Shown: positions 8,735 through 17,153, counted from the first letter of the stretch. The stretch: 64,000 bases of DNA from an uncultured Bacteroidales bacterium (GCA_945921355.1 CAMEKM010000004.1:6305-70304), one strand, 5' to 3'. Numbers and translations are program-made. Notes: a model not told the origin generated them from the letters alone.

Positions 8735-9901
8735 CTACTTAAACTGCTCCCAGAAGGCTGTATTCTCTTGATTATCTCGTGTTTGCTGTTGGCTATTAGG
8801 ATAGTTCTCAATGAACCAAGTGAGAAATTTTGCATAATCAATCTTCTCGCTGAGCATCTTTTCGCGGCGAGCGGTGAAGACAGTCTTACGTTCGTCCGCA
8901 TCCATCGCCACGAGTTGTTCAACCGCATCATATAATGCTTGTGTTCCACTTGGCTGTATGCTACCATCTACCCTGCGGATGGTGCTATCCGTAGTTAGCG
9001 GTGTAGCATGTACTCCGTAGCCGAGTTGATAAGTATCTTCTAATTCTTGTAGATACCCTATCCTACCCACAAAATCGTTGAATCGGACAAATGGCACACC
9101 TAATACTCCCGCTTCTGCTGCCATCGTCTGGCTATCCCCTAAATAAAGCGATGCATAGGCCATCACGTGGTGCATATCCAGCGGATTGATGCGGATACGA
9201 TATGGTTCAAACTGTGGTTCTAATTCGCGCTCTGAAGTGATATATATCTGTCCGTGTGGCGAAAGTATATCTATCAATCGCTGCGCAATCTCAGTATTAA
9301 TACCTTTTACTCCATCATCATGATGTGCTTTCAGCGATGCAAATCGCATTACAAAATATGGTTTTGTTGTATCAATCCCATACCCCTCAACCACCGCTTT
9401 ATCCGCCGTAAAGTGATTAGGATGAAGATATGCTAACTCTTGATAAGATGGATATTTGGTTGCCTTTTCATTCCATTTTCCACTATTGCATACAATCGGA
9501 TTCAATATGGCATTAGCACCTGGATAAGACAACTTAGCATAAAATGGTACTACCGAAGCATCATCTTCATTGCAATTGACTACAGGTATTCCAGTTAATG
9601 GACCAATGATGGAATTTTCTACACTTGTTCCAGTCATGATATCGGGCTTGAATGTAGCACAAAATTGTGCTTGTCGTACTGTTCGTTTCAAGACCCCCAT
9701 GGCCATACCTATCTTGTTGCTTTTGCGTCCCTCTGCTAATATATTATGATATTCCCATCCCTGATTATCCAATAGTTGTTGCAAGATATCTTTCTTTTTG
9801 ATAAGAATCTCTACTTTATGTCCATGCTCACGCCAATTAGTAATTGCATTTTTATACAAATAAAAGTGCGCAGGATGTCCTAAATAAACTAATATTCTCA
9901 T
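8735..9901 (-). CDS. DUF354 domain-containing protein
   Basis: 388 aa. The start MRILVYLGHPAHFYLYKN and the overall pattern are typical of the DUF354 family found in polysaccharide loci. Confidence 0.7.
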   Translation of the reverse strand: MRILVYLGHPAHFYLYKNAITNWREHGHKVEILIKKKDILQQLLDNQGWEYHNILAEGRKSNKIGMAMGVLKRTVRQAQFCATFKPDIMTGTSVENSIIGPLTGIPVVNCNEDDASVVPFYAKLSYPGANAILNPIVCNSGKWNEKATKYPSYQELAYLHPNHFTADKAVVEGYGIDTTKPYFVMRFASLKAHHDDGVKGINTEIAQRLIDILSPHGQIYITSERELEPQFEPYRIRINPLDMHHVMAYASLYLGDSQTMAAEAGVLGVPFVRFNDFVGRIGYLQELEDTYQLGYGVHATPLTTDSTIRRVDGSIQPSGTQALYDAVEQLVAMDADERKTVFTARREKMLSEKIDYAKFLTWFIENYPNSQQQTRDNQENTAFWEQFK

Positions 9902-9936
9902 AATGTATATTATTTTAGATTTTTCTTTTTGATATT

Positions 9937-9976
9937 TTCACCCCAAATTTCCCAATCTCATATAGCAGCGGTTTGC
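9937..9976 (-). repeat. 40-bp perfect duplicate of the 3' end of the FemAB-like gene (partner 11993-12032)
   Basis: TTCACCCCAAATTTCCCAATCTCATATAGCAGCGGTTTGC is identical at both sites. Confidence 0.95.
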
Positions 9977-10046
9977 AATACACATTTTCGCGATTTTCGC
10001 TGTATAGGTACTACTTTTTATGGGATTATGCAAGTATCTGAGATGA

Positions 10047-11192
10047 TTAACAAATTTTTCCTTCCCAAAGCAATTTGAGAAATTCCATAGCAGGTAGTAC
10101 CTCCACTCCATTCAACATACGCGAATTGCGATCCATAGAAACAACTATCAAACGAGCATTAGCATACTCTTCAGCAAACGCTTTTAGTCCTTTCGTGTGT
10201 TTTGACTGTACCTCATCCGTACTTTTAAACTCTATTGCTACACGTCCGTCACCTATCACAGCATCAACTTCATATCCGCTAGCTGTACGCCAATAACTCA
10301 ATTGTTCGTTGCTCTCTGAGTAGCCCAAATATGCCACCAATTCCTGTATTAAAAAATGTTCAAAAGCGTGACCAAAATCCACAGAACCTGGCTGCATATT
10401 GAAACGATGGAGCAAATGATTAGCCACCCCTACATCAAAATAGTAGAAACGTGGAGCAGTAATAGCTCGGCGCTTTTTAGAACGCGTAAACGCAGGTATC
10501 ATATACCCTATCAATGTCTGCTGTAATATTGTAAAGTACTCCTTTACAGTCACTGCACTAACACCACAGTCCTGCGCAATATTACTATAATTGATTATTT
10601 CTCCATTACATTGTGCCGCAATATCTAAGAAACGATTAAACGATGCCAACTGACGAACCACAGCCTCGTCTTGAATCTCTTCTTTAAGGTATGTACCGAT
10701 ATACGCCTCTAAACGTTTTTGGGGATTAATAGCTAAATAATGACGTGGAAGCATACCATGATTGATAGCACGTATGATATCAAAATCTGGAATCTCTGCG
10801 CTTACAAAAGGATACAATTTCACAGACATAGCACGCCCTCCTAAAAGATTGGTACCTATACGCTTGAGTTTACGTGCGCTTGACCCACACAAGATAAATC
10901 GTATACCACAATTAACAATCAACCAATGAACTTCGTCTAACAGCTGAGGTATCTTTTGTATTTCATCTATAACAACTAAAGTCTCTTGTCCAAAAGAGAG
11001 CAGTTCTTCACGTAGTAATTGCGGACGACGTAACAAGCGAGTATATTCATCGCTCTTTAACAGATCATAAATCTTAGCATCAGGATAAAGATTTTTAATT
11101 AGCGTACTTTTTCCGACTTGTCTAGCTCCCCACAGAAATACACTATCTTCTTGTGCATCAGCAACTTTCTGTATTCGTACAAACTCATTCAT
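10047..11192 (-). CDS. AAA family ATPase (AAA_14 + DUF4143 type)
   Basis: Walker A GARQVGKST, Walker B VVIDEIQ, and a C-terminal DUF4143-like region. Confidence 0.85.
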   Translation of the reverse strand: MNEFVRIQKVADAQEDSVFLWGARQVGKSTLIKNLYPDAKIYDLLKSDEYTRLLRRPQLLREELLSFGQETLVVIDEIQKIPQLLDEVHWLIVNCGIRFILCGSSARKLKRIGTNLLGGRAMSVKLYPFVSAEIPDFDIIRAINHGMLPRHYLAINPQKRLEAYIGTYLKEEIQDEAVVRQLASFNRFLDIAAQCNGEIINYSNIAQDCGVSAVTVKEYFTILQQTLIGYMIPAFTRSKKRRAITAPRFYYFDVGVANHLLHRFNMQPGSVDFGHAFEHFLIQELVAYLGYSESNEQLSYWRTASGYEVDAVIGDGRVAIEFKSTDEVQSKHTKGLKAFAEEYANARLIVVSMDRNSRMLNGVEVLPAMEFLKLLWEGKIC

Positions 11193-11272
11193 CTTGGTTA
11201 ATTATAATGACAATCTAAAGTTAAACTTTGCATTATCCTGACAAAACAAAGTTATGTTTTGTATTTTCGCTG

Positions 11273-11304
11273 CAAAGGTACTACAAAAAATGCACATATG
11301 CAAG
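11273..11304 (-). promoter_or_regulatory. promoter of the ATPase gene
   Basis: -7 box TACCTTTG (11273-11280) and a -33-like TTGC about 20 nt upstream. Confidence 0.55.
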
Positions 11305-11419
11305 CAAAGTGAGCACTTTTTCATGGATTTTGCAAGTATTTTGTTTATTTTCTTTAAGCGTAGAGCGTAGAGTGTAGAGGCAGTGGTTAGTTTCTACGCT
11401 TTACACACTACGCTATTTG

Positions 11420-11779
11420 TTATTCTTTGTATTTTGATCGTAAAGCAGAAAGTTGTCTTGCTATACCATCAACCTTTTCTTCAATTGTATTATATTGTTC
11501 TTTGGTTATATATCCTAAATCCACAGAGACATCTAATTGGCTGTCCACTTCCATCATAGATGCGTATGCAAATCCAAGGAAGTGTGCTTTTTCTTTGTCA
11601 GACATACGATTCATACCCTCTGCTATATTAGATGTTATAGAGATTACAGCACGACGAATCTGGTCACATAAGGCATATTTTTCTTCTATTGGAAACAGTT
11701 TCAGCAGTTTATACACATCAACCACTAAACTCTTTGCATCTTGATACACATTCAAGTTTTTATACGAATACTTATTCAT
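11420..11779 (-). CDS. four helix bundle protein (23S rRNA intervening-sequence protein family)
   Basis: YKNLNVYQDA...RRAVISITSNIAEG...EVDSQL pattern. The ATG is at 11779; the ORF-track TTG start lies 6 nt upstream. Confidence 0.85.
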   Translation of the reverse strand: MNKYSYKNLNVYQDAKSLVVDVYKLLKLFPIEEKYALCDQIRRAVISITSNIAEGMNRMSDKEKAHFLGFAYASMMEVDSQLDVSVDLGYITKEQYNTIEEKVDGIARQLSALRSKYKE

Positions 11780-11802
11780 AATCAATTATCTATCTCATTA
11801 AA

Positions 11803-11981
11803 CACTCTACACTCTACACCCTACACTCTACACTCTACACCCTACACTCTACACCCTACACTCTACACTCTACACCCTACACTCTACACTCTACACCCTA
11901 CACTCTACGCCCTACACCCTACACCCTACACTCTACGCCCTACACCCTACACTCTACACTCTACACCCTACACCCTACACC
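11803..11981 (+). repeat. (CTACACY)n heptanucleotide tandem array, ~25 units
   Basis: Read directly. The plus strand is almost G-free. The complement carries TAG every 7 nt. Confidence 0.95.
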
Positions 11982-13626
11982 ATTTCATCCACTTCACCCC
12001 AAATTTCCCAATCTCATATAGCAGCGGTTTGCGAACACAAAGGAATTGCCCGTGCTCCACCAATTCGCCGCCAAATTCCATCTTAAAGTCGCGCACACCA
12101 TAAGGCACATTGGGTTTGCCAGCTCCCATAAAATCAAAGAGGGGCAAGTTGTTACTCTTGGCATATTCGATGGCGGCATAGGTGGCCATCACTGATGGAT
12201 ACAGTTCGCGATACTCCTCATCCAGTCCACATACATACCACTCGTATATGGCTTTGTTATTGAGGATTGGGCACATCATTCCGCCAATGACTTTATCTTG
12301 GTACTTTACCAGTAGGTACTTTCCTACTCCACTGCGATAGAAGTGCAAGAAAAACGCTTCGCTCCATAGCGGTGTACGCACCTTGGTGCGATAGAGTCGG
12401 CTGAGTATCTGGTACCAATCGCGTATTTCTTGTTCGGATGTTGCTAATACAATCTCTACCCCATTCTTTAATGCCTTCTTCACTTGACGGACACGTTGCT
12501 CGGTCATGGTGTGCGTAGCAGTGCAATGCACATGAATATCATAGTGTGGCTGGTAGGCGAAGCCGGCATTTTGAAACACCTTCTTCCAACGACTGTAGTC
12601 GTGGAAGTTGCGAGTTTCAATATAGATCGGTAAGCCTACCCCAGCCTTCCCTGAAGGGAAGGGGGATTGTTTCGTAGAATCTAAAGTCCTTCCTTTTAGG
12701 GAAGGATTTAGGATAGGCAGATTTTTCACTGCACTTAGCAGCGCACTCAGCGCTTCGTCGCTGATATCCTCTGCGAGCAATGGTCCGCCGATGATAATCG
12801 CACGGCGAGTGAAGAACTGCTTGATTGCATTGCGCTCACGCGTGATGTAGCCAACTATCACGCCTACCAGCCTATTCCCTGCCCTTCCCTGAAGGGAAGG
12901 GAGTGTAGAGCCCCCCCCTAACCCCTCCCTAAAGGGAAGGGAGTTAATACTAGGTAAGGATTTTAATGTATCTTTTATCTTTTGGATAACAGCATCGGGA
13001 TTGCAGAGCAATTCTTCGTTTTTGAAACGGAATTCTATATAGCCCAAACGATGTAAATGCGCTGTACGTGCCTCATCATATTCCTTCTGTCGAGGATCAT
13101 TATGATATCCACCATCCAACTCTATTATCAAACCCTTATCCAAACAAATAAAATCTACTATATAGCCTAATATAATATGTTGACGACGGAAATGTGCTCC
13201 TAACTTATTTCCCTTCAACATATCCCATAGCACAGACTCTGCCTCTGTGGGATTTTTGCGATTATTCACCGCATTCTCCTTCAACAAACCATACTGTGTA
13301 CTATCCGCCGTATGCGCACCAAAAACCTTCGCAAAACTATTGTATTCTCTTCCCTTTAGGGAGGAGTTAGAGGTAGGCTCTTTTAGGGAAGGATTTAGGA
13401 TAGGCTGATTGAAGGGGTTAGGGGTAGGCTCATAAAAGTCCTTCCCTTTAGGGGAGGATTTAGGAGAGGCTTCCACACCTATGGCAAACGGTGTCATCTC
13501 TTCTGGATTAGCCGCATAGAACTCATACGCCTCCTTGGTTTGGAACCACGTGGCATAGGGCGAGCGGTCAATGAGCGCTTGCCATTGCTGTGGGTCTATT
13601 TCGGGGTATATTAGGAGTTGTGTCAT
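11968..13626 (-). CDS. FemAB/GNAT-like acyltransferase family protein interrupted in frame by repeat elements and a DUF559 nuclease domain
   Basis: The N-terminus (YATWFQTKEAYEFY) and C-terminal two-thirds (EWYVCGLDEEYRELYPS, FDFMGAG, FKMEFGG) look FemAB-like. Residues ~53-253 and ~303-333 are insert-derived. Confidence 0.65.
   Translation of the reverse strand: MTQLLIYPEIDPQQWQALIDRSPYATWFQTKEAYEFYAANPEEMTPFAIGVEASPKSSPKGKDFYEPTPNPFNQPILNPSLKEPTSNSSLKGREYNSFAKVFGAHTADSTQYGLLKENAVNNRKNPTEAESVLWDMLKGNKLGAHFRRQHIILGYIVDFICLDKGLIIELDGGYHNDPRQKEYDEARTAHLHRLGYIEFRFKNEELLCNPDAVIQKIKDTLKSLPSINSLPFREGLGGGSTLPSLQGRAGNRLVGVIVGYITRERNAIKQFFTRRAIIIGGPLLAEDISDEALSALLSAVKNLPILNPSLKGRTLDSTKQSPFPSGKAGVGLPIYIETRNFHDYSRWKKVFQNAGFAYQPHYDIHVHCTATHTMTEQRVRQVKKALKNGVEIVLATSEQEIRDWYQILSRLYRTKVRTPLWSEAFFLHFYRSGVGKYLLVKYQDKVIGGMMCPILNNKAIYEWYVCGLDEEYRELYPSVMATYAAIEYAKSNNLPLFDFMGAGKPNVPYGVRDFKMEFGGELVEHGQFLCVRKPLLYEIGKFGVKWMKWCRV
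12634..12718. repeat. two hairpin elements (CCTTCCCTGAAGGGAAGG type), in frame in the CDS
   Basis: GCCTACCCCAGCCTTCCCTGAAGGGAAGGGGG at 12634-12665 and TCCTTCCTTTTAGGGAAGGATTTAGGATAGGC at 12686-12718. Confidence 0.85.
12863..13470 (-). mobile_element. ~600-bp insertion: a DUF559 (Vsr-like endonuclease) coding segment flanked by inverted clusters of hairpin elements, in frame with the host CDS
   Basis: DUF559 motifs NPTEAESVLWDML, FRRQHIILGYIVDFIC and IIELDGGYH span about 12961-13266. Hairpin clusters lie at 12863-12943 and 13347-13470 in opposite orientations. Confidence 0.6.
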
Positions 13627-15134
13627 AATTTAAGCGTTTCCAATATATATTTCAGCAGGTCATCTTTACTAAGATGTATCCAACCTTTTTGTTGAATTTC
13701 TTGAAATGTTTTCGATTTTTTGTCCAAAAGATGTCGTTTTTCTTTCTCATCTACAATGGCAGTCAACATCAATTCACCATTACGTGTTTCGTGCAATGAA
13801 ATATCTTGTAGTAGCACACCATTCTCAGATCTATACTCACGCACCATCGTTGGTACATGATGCAACAACTTCGTCCGATATCTCTCAGGCAGCAGTTCTG
13901 AAATATATGCTTCTATCTTATCTGCCCAATACCTGCTAACGCCTGCATCCATAAGATATGTCCAGCAAGCAGAAAGCACGTTTGCCACATCGTCTATGAT
14001 ACTAGCTGCATTTTTTATCGAATTTTCCTTGGCAAACACCAACAGATCTTCTTCTGTGATATTAGCCACCTTACCACGCATCGATAGTTGATGGTAGTTT
14101 GTGTATGGCATAGCCTTCATATCGACAGTAAACGTAACATCGTATGCTGGTGTGATTTGCCATCCTCCGTTCCGTGGCAGCATAAATGCAAAGTTCTTAG
14201 AATGATCATCCACATTACCTCCCAAGACATTCATCACCATACGCCTGAATAATTGCTCTTGCTCCATTTGCGAAACGCCCAATCGTCTTGCTACGGTCAT
14301 TAGGTCCTCATACGAGCATGCTGTTTCGCTCATTGCAGCTAATGTTTGGATGTGAATTCGTTCGCCATTTTGGCGGTCGTAACGTTCAGTCAAAAAGTGG
14401 CATTGTCCATCTATCCATTTCAATTGCGATGGCATCATATTCACTCCCATAGCTATGGCCATATTGTAGTAAGCCATTTCTACTTGCGTATGTGGGAAAT
14501 CCGTATTTTCTGCAAATTTCAGGATATAGTATTTATATTCCTTAGGCCAATCCAATTGTCCAGAGCGTATCTCACCTGTTTGCGTATGTATTGCCAAGAT
14601 AGCTTTGGGGTGTTGTCCTCCAGCCGAAGTGCCCACTGCATACAAACGTTGCATGGTCATTGATTCTTCGGGTAATACCGACACTTCTGCACGTTCATCA
14701 AAGATACGCTGCGCCAAGGCATATAATTCGTGTATTTGTATATCCTTGGTATCGTCCTGCAATTCTACTGCAGGTTCAAACTGCAATGCGCCCATACCAC
14801 GACTACCAATAAACGATAATTTATCCACAGGGGTGATGTCGCTACTCTTGATTCCTCTCATTTTCGCCCAATACTCAAACACGCGATTACCCCATCTATC
14901 GGGCAGAGAGTCTGCGATAAAAGGAGGAAGTCCTTGGTAAAGTTTCTCTTTATTTCCCAAGATGGGTTTCTTTGCGGCTATGGATTGGATGGAACATGTC
15001 AATGGTGCTACATCTACACCTGTACGCAAAAAATCTGGGCTATATTCAAATATAGCTCTGTTTGCGGAAGCATCCCAATACATCACTCCTACTTCTTGTC
15101 CCCACAACAGTACTTTTACCAGATTATTTTCCAT
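13623..15134 (-). CDS. hipA: type II toxin-antitoxin system HipA family toxin (long form, ~100-aa C-terminal extension)
   Basis: HipA N-terminal coupling domain and kinase motif GGNVDDHSKNFAF. The stop overlaps the start of the FemAB-like gene (ATGA). Confidence 0.88.
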   Translation of the reverse strand: MENNLVKVLLWGQEVGVMYWDASANRAIFEYSPDFLRTGVDVAPLTCSIQSIAAKKPILGNKEKLYQGLPPFIADSLPDRWGNRVFEYWAKMRGIKSSDITPVDKLSFIGSRGMGALQFEPAVELQDDTKDIQIHELYALAQRIFDERAEVSVLPEESMTMQRLYAVGTSAGGQHPKAILAIHTQTGEIRSGQLDWPKEYKYYILKFAENTDFPHTQVEMAYYNMAIAMGVNMMPSQLKWIDGQCHFLTERYDRQNGERIHIQTLAAMSETACSYEDLMTVARRLGVSQMEQEQLFRRMVMNVLGGNVDDHSKNFAFMLPRNGGWQITPAYDVTFTVDMKAMPYTNYHQLSMRGKVANITEEDLLVFAKENSIKNAASIIDDVANVLSACWTYLMDAGVSRYWADKIEAYISELLPERYRTKLLHHVPTMVREYRSENGVLLQDISLHETRNGELMLTAIVDEKEKRHLLDKKSKTFQEIQQKGWIHLSKDDLLKYILETLKL

Positions 15135-15444
15135 GTCTGATTCTTTTTTTCTGTTTCGATTGCAGTTTCAGCAGTTGGTATGGCGAGATAGGTATTTCTG
15201 GTAGAATCTCAGTTATCCCCTCTAATTGTTCGATCACACGCAGTAGTGCCAACAGGTTTCCCATGGTGATATTTACAGCTTTGCCATTTTCGAATGCACG
15301 CAACGTAATGAGACTAACACCTGCCTTTTCTGCCACTTCTTTTTGTGTCAATTCAGCGCATAGTCTGTAAGTTTTGTACTGTGCTCCTAGAGACTGAATA
15401 ATCTCTGCATTGGATAATCCTTGTATATTATCTTTAGTCAGCAT
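15124..15444 (-). CDS. helix-turn-helix (XRE-type) transcriptional regulator, HipB-like antitoxin
   Basis: 106 aa with an HTH (LTQKEVAEKAGVSLITLRAFENG). It overlaps hipA by 11 nt. Confidence 0.82.
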   Translation of the reverse strand: MLTKDNIQGLSNAEIIQSLGAQYKTYRLCAELTQKEVAEKAGVSLITLRAFENGKAVNITMGNLLALLRVIEQLEGITEILPEIPISPYQLLKLQSKQKKRIRHGK

Positions 15445-15469
15445 GGTTCTGTATATATCAATTTCGCTG

Positions 15470-15501
15470 CAAAGGTAAATATTTTTTCTCTTATATGCAA
15501 A
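15470..15501 (-). promoter_or_regulatory. promoter of the hipB-hipA-(FemAB-like) transcription unit
   Basis: TACCTTTG at 15470-15477 and TTTG at 15498-15501, with a 20-nt spacer. It lies 26 nt upstream of the ATG. Confidence 0.65.
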
Positions 15502-15573
15502 TTTTTCGCATAAAAGATAATATTTTTTCTCTTTTTATCCTTGAGATACCCTCCTTAAGGTCGTTACCTCGCC

Positions 15574-15786
15574 TCTACACCCTACACCCTACACCCTACA
15601 CTCTACACTCTACACTTTACACCCTACACTCTACACTCTACACCCTACACTTTACACCCTACACTCTACACCCTACACTCTACACCCTACGCCCTACACC
15701 CTGCACTCTACACCCTACACTCTACACCCTACACTCTACACTCTACACCCTACACTCTACACCCTACACTCTACACCCTACACCCA
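15574..15786 (+). repeat. (CTACACY)n heptanucleotide tandem array, ~30 units
   Basis: Read directly. Same unit and orientation as 11803-11981. Confidence 0.95.
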
Positions 15787-15805
15787 TAGCCTTTTATTAC
15801 ACTTT

Positions 15806-17095
15806 TCAATCTTTACGTTGCAATAGCCAATCTGCTGCTAAAACGCAATGAATTATTTTTCCATTCACTTCAATATCTCGTTCTTCGCCACGCATCATGA
15901 TAAGTGTCATGTTATTACAATTTGTTAATTTTGAACCTTTTAGCAAACCATTAATTTCTCTGTTATACAATTTAGTGGATGGATCTATAAAGTCATATGT
16001 CACTTGTATCAGTTCGCGCACATGCGAGGATTCTACCACTACAAAATCCACTTCAAAATCCTGCACCTTACGCAGATAATAAAGTTGTTCGTACTCCGAA
16101 TGCAGACGTCGCAGCAGTTCTACTGCTACCACATTCTCCAAACGCAAGCCAAAACTTTCTGTCAACAAAGCATTTTCATGTTGCGAGATAAAAGCATTAT
16201 CCACGGCATATAATTTGCGCCCCGAATTACGCTCACTGCTCTTGAGCGAAAACTTAGGAATAAGACAGAGCAAATATGCATTTTGTAGATAGGTGATATA
16301 GTTCTTTACAGTATGCACCGACTTGATGCCCAACTCTTCCGCAATATCGTTGAATGATTTTTCTTGGCAAAACCAATCTAGCAAGCGATTAGCCAAGTCC
16401 GACAATGTTTGCTGATAGCGAACCTTATATCGATGACATATATCCTTTTTGATAATCGCCTCACGCAATGAGAATAGATAGTTACGTTTGTTAATCTCAG
16501 GCGAGGTTATTAATTCGGGGAAACCACCAGACATAATATACTCGTCCAATGCATGATCGCGAAGCCCATATGCTAAGGTAGTAGCAGTATTTATATCCAC
16601 CCCCTTGATAGCACAATATTCTGCAAATGAAAATGGATATAGTTCTATTTGATGATAGCGCCCTGTCAGATGCGTACTTAGTTCTCCACTAAGTAAATTC
16701 GCATTACTACCCGTAAGTATCAATTTAACCCCTTGTCGAAGCAATCTATTCACAAACAAGTACCAACCACTGACATTTTGTACCTCATCTAGGAATAGAT
16801 GTGTGAATGCCCCATAGATAGCATAGAGTTCTTGCAATATATCATCTAAATCTTCTGCAGACACTCGTTGTAAGCGTTCGTCATCGAAATTTACATAAGC
16901 GAAATGTACGCCACTTTGCAAGAGAACTTTTTGGCACAATGTAGATTTTCCACTACGTCGTACGCCAATTACTATCTGAGCCAGTTTGCTATTAAGTTGA
17001 ATCTCCTGTTCTTCTTTTCGGGTACATAACGTGCCCAAATCAATTGTTTCCAACTCTGCTTTTTGGTTCGATAAGATTCGTTTTAAGTCCTTCAT
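15806..17095 (-). CDS. AAA family ATPase (AAA_14 + DUF4143 type)
   Basis: Walker A GVRRSGKST and Walker B LFLDEVQ. It is a paralogue of 10047-11192. Confidence 0.85.
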   Translation of the reverse strand: MKDLKRILSNQKAELETIDLGTLCTRKEEQEIQLNSKLAQIVIGVRRSGKSTLCQKVLLQSGVHFAYVNFDDERLQRVSAEDLDDILQELYAIYGAFTHLFLDEVQNVSGWYLFVNRLLRQGVKLILTGSNANLLSGELSTHLTGRYHQIELYPFSFAEYCAIKGVDINTATTLAYGLRDHALDEYIMSGGFPELITSPEINKRNYLFSLREAIIKKDICHRYKVRYQQTLSDLANRLLDWFCQEKSFNDIAEELGIKSVHTVKNYITYLQNAYLLCLIPKFSLKSSERNSGRKLYAVDNAFISQHENALLTESFGLRLENVVAVELLRRLHSEYEQLYYLRKVQDFEVDFVVVESSHVRELIQVTYDFIDPSTKLYNREINGLLKGSKLTNCNNMTLIMMRGEERDIEVNGKIIHCVLAADWLLQRKD

Positions 17096-17121
17096 AAGAT
17101 ATATCTATCTAAAAATCGCCG

Positions 17122-17153
17122 CAAAGTTACTGAAAATCTTTGATATATGCAAA
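17122..17153 (-). promoter_or_regulatory. promoter of the second ATPase gene
   Basis: TAACTTTG at 17122-17129 and TTTG at 17150-17153, with a 20-nt spacer. Confidence 0.65.

Noticed and set aside
11803-11981. Possible CRISPR array
   Set aside because: The units are 7 bp and contiguous with no unique spacers, and there are no cas genes in the window.
11741-12103. 120-aa plus-strand ORF translating to TLHSTPYTLHPTLY… repeats
   Set aside because: It is just the stop-free strand of the (CTACACY)n array, with no start context or promoter. The same applies to 15495-15851.
12868-13470. Intein in the FemAB-like protein
   Set aside because: There is no Cys/Ser/Thr at the N-junction, no terminal His-Asn plus nucleophile at the C-junction, and no Hint-domain blocks. 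The insert is a Vsr-like DUF559 domain flanked by DNA hairpin repeats.
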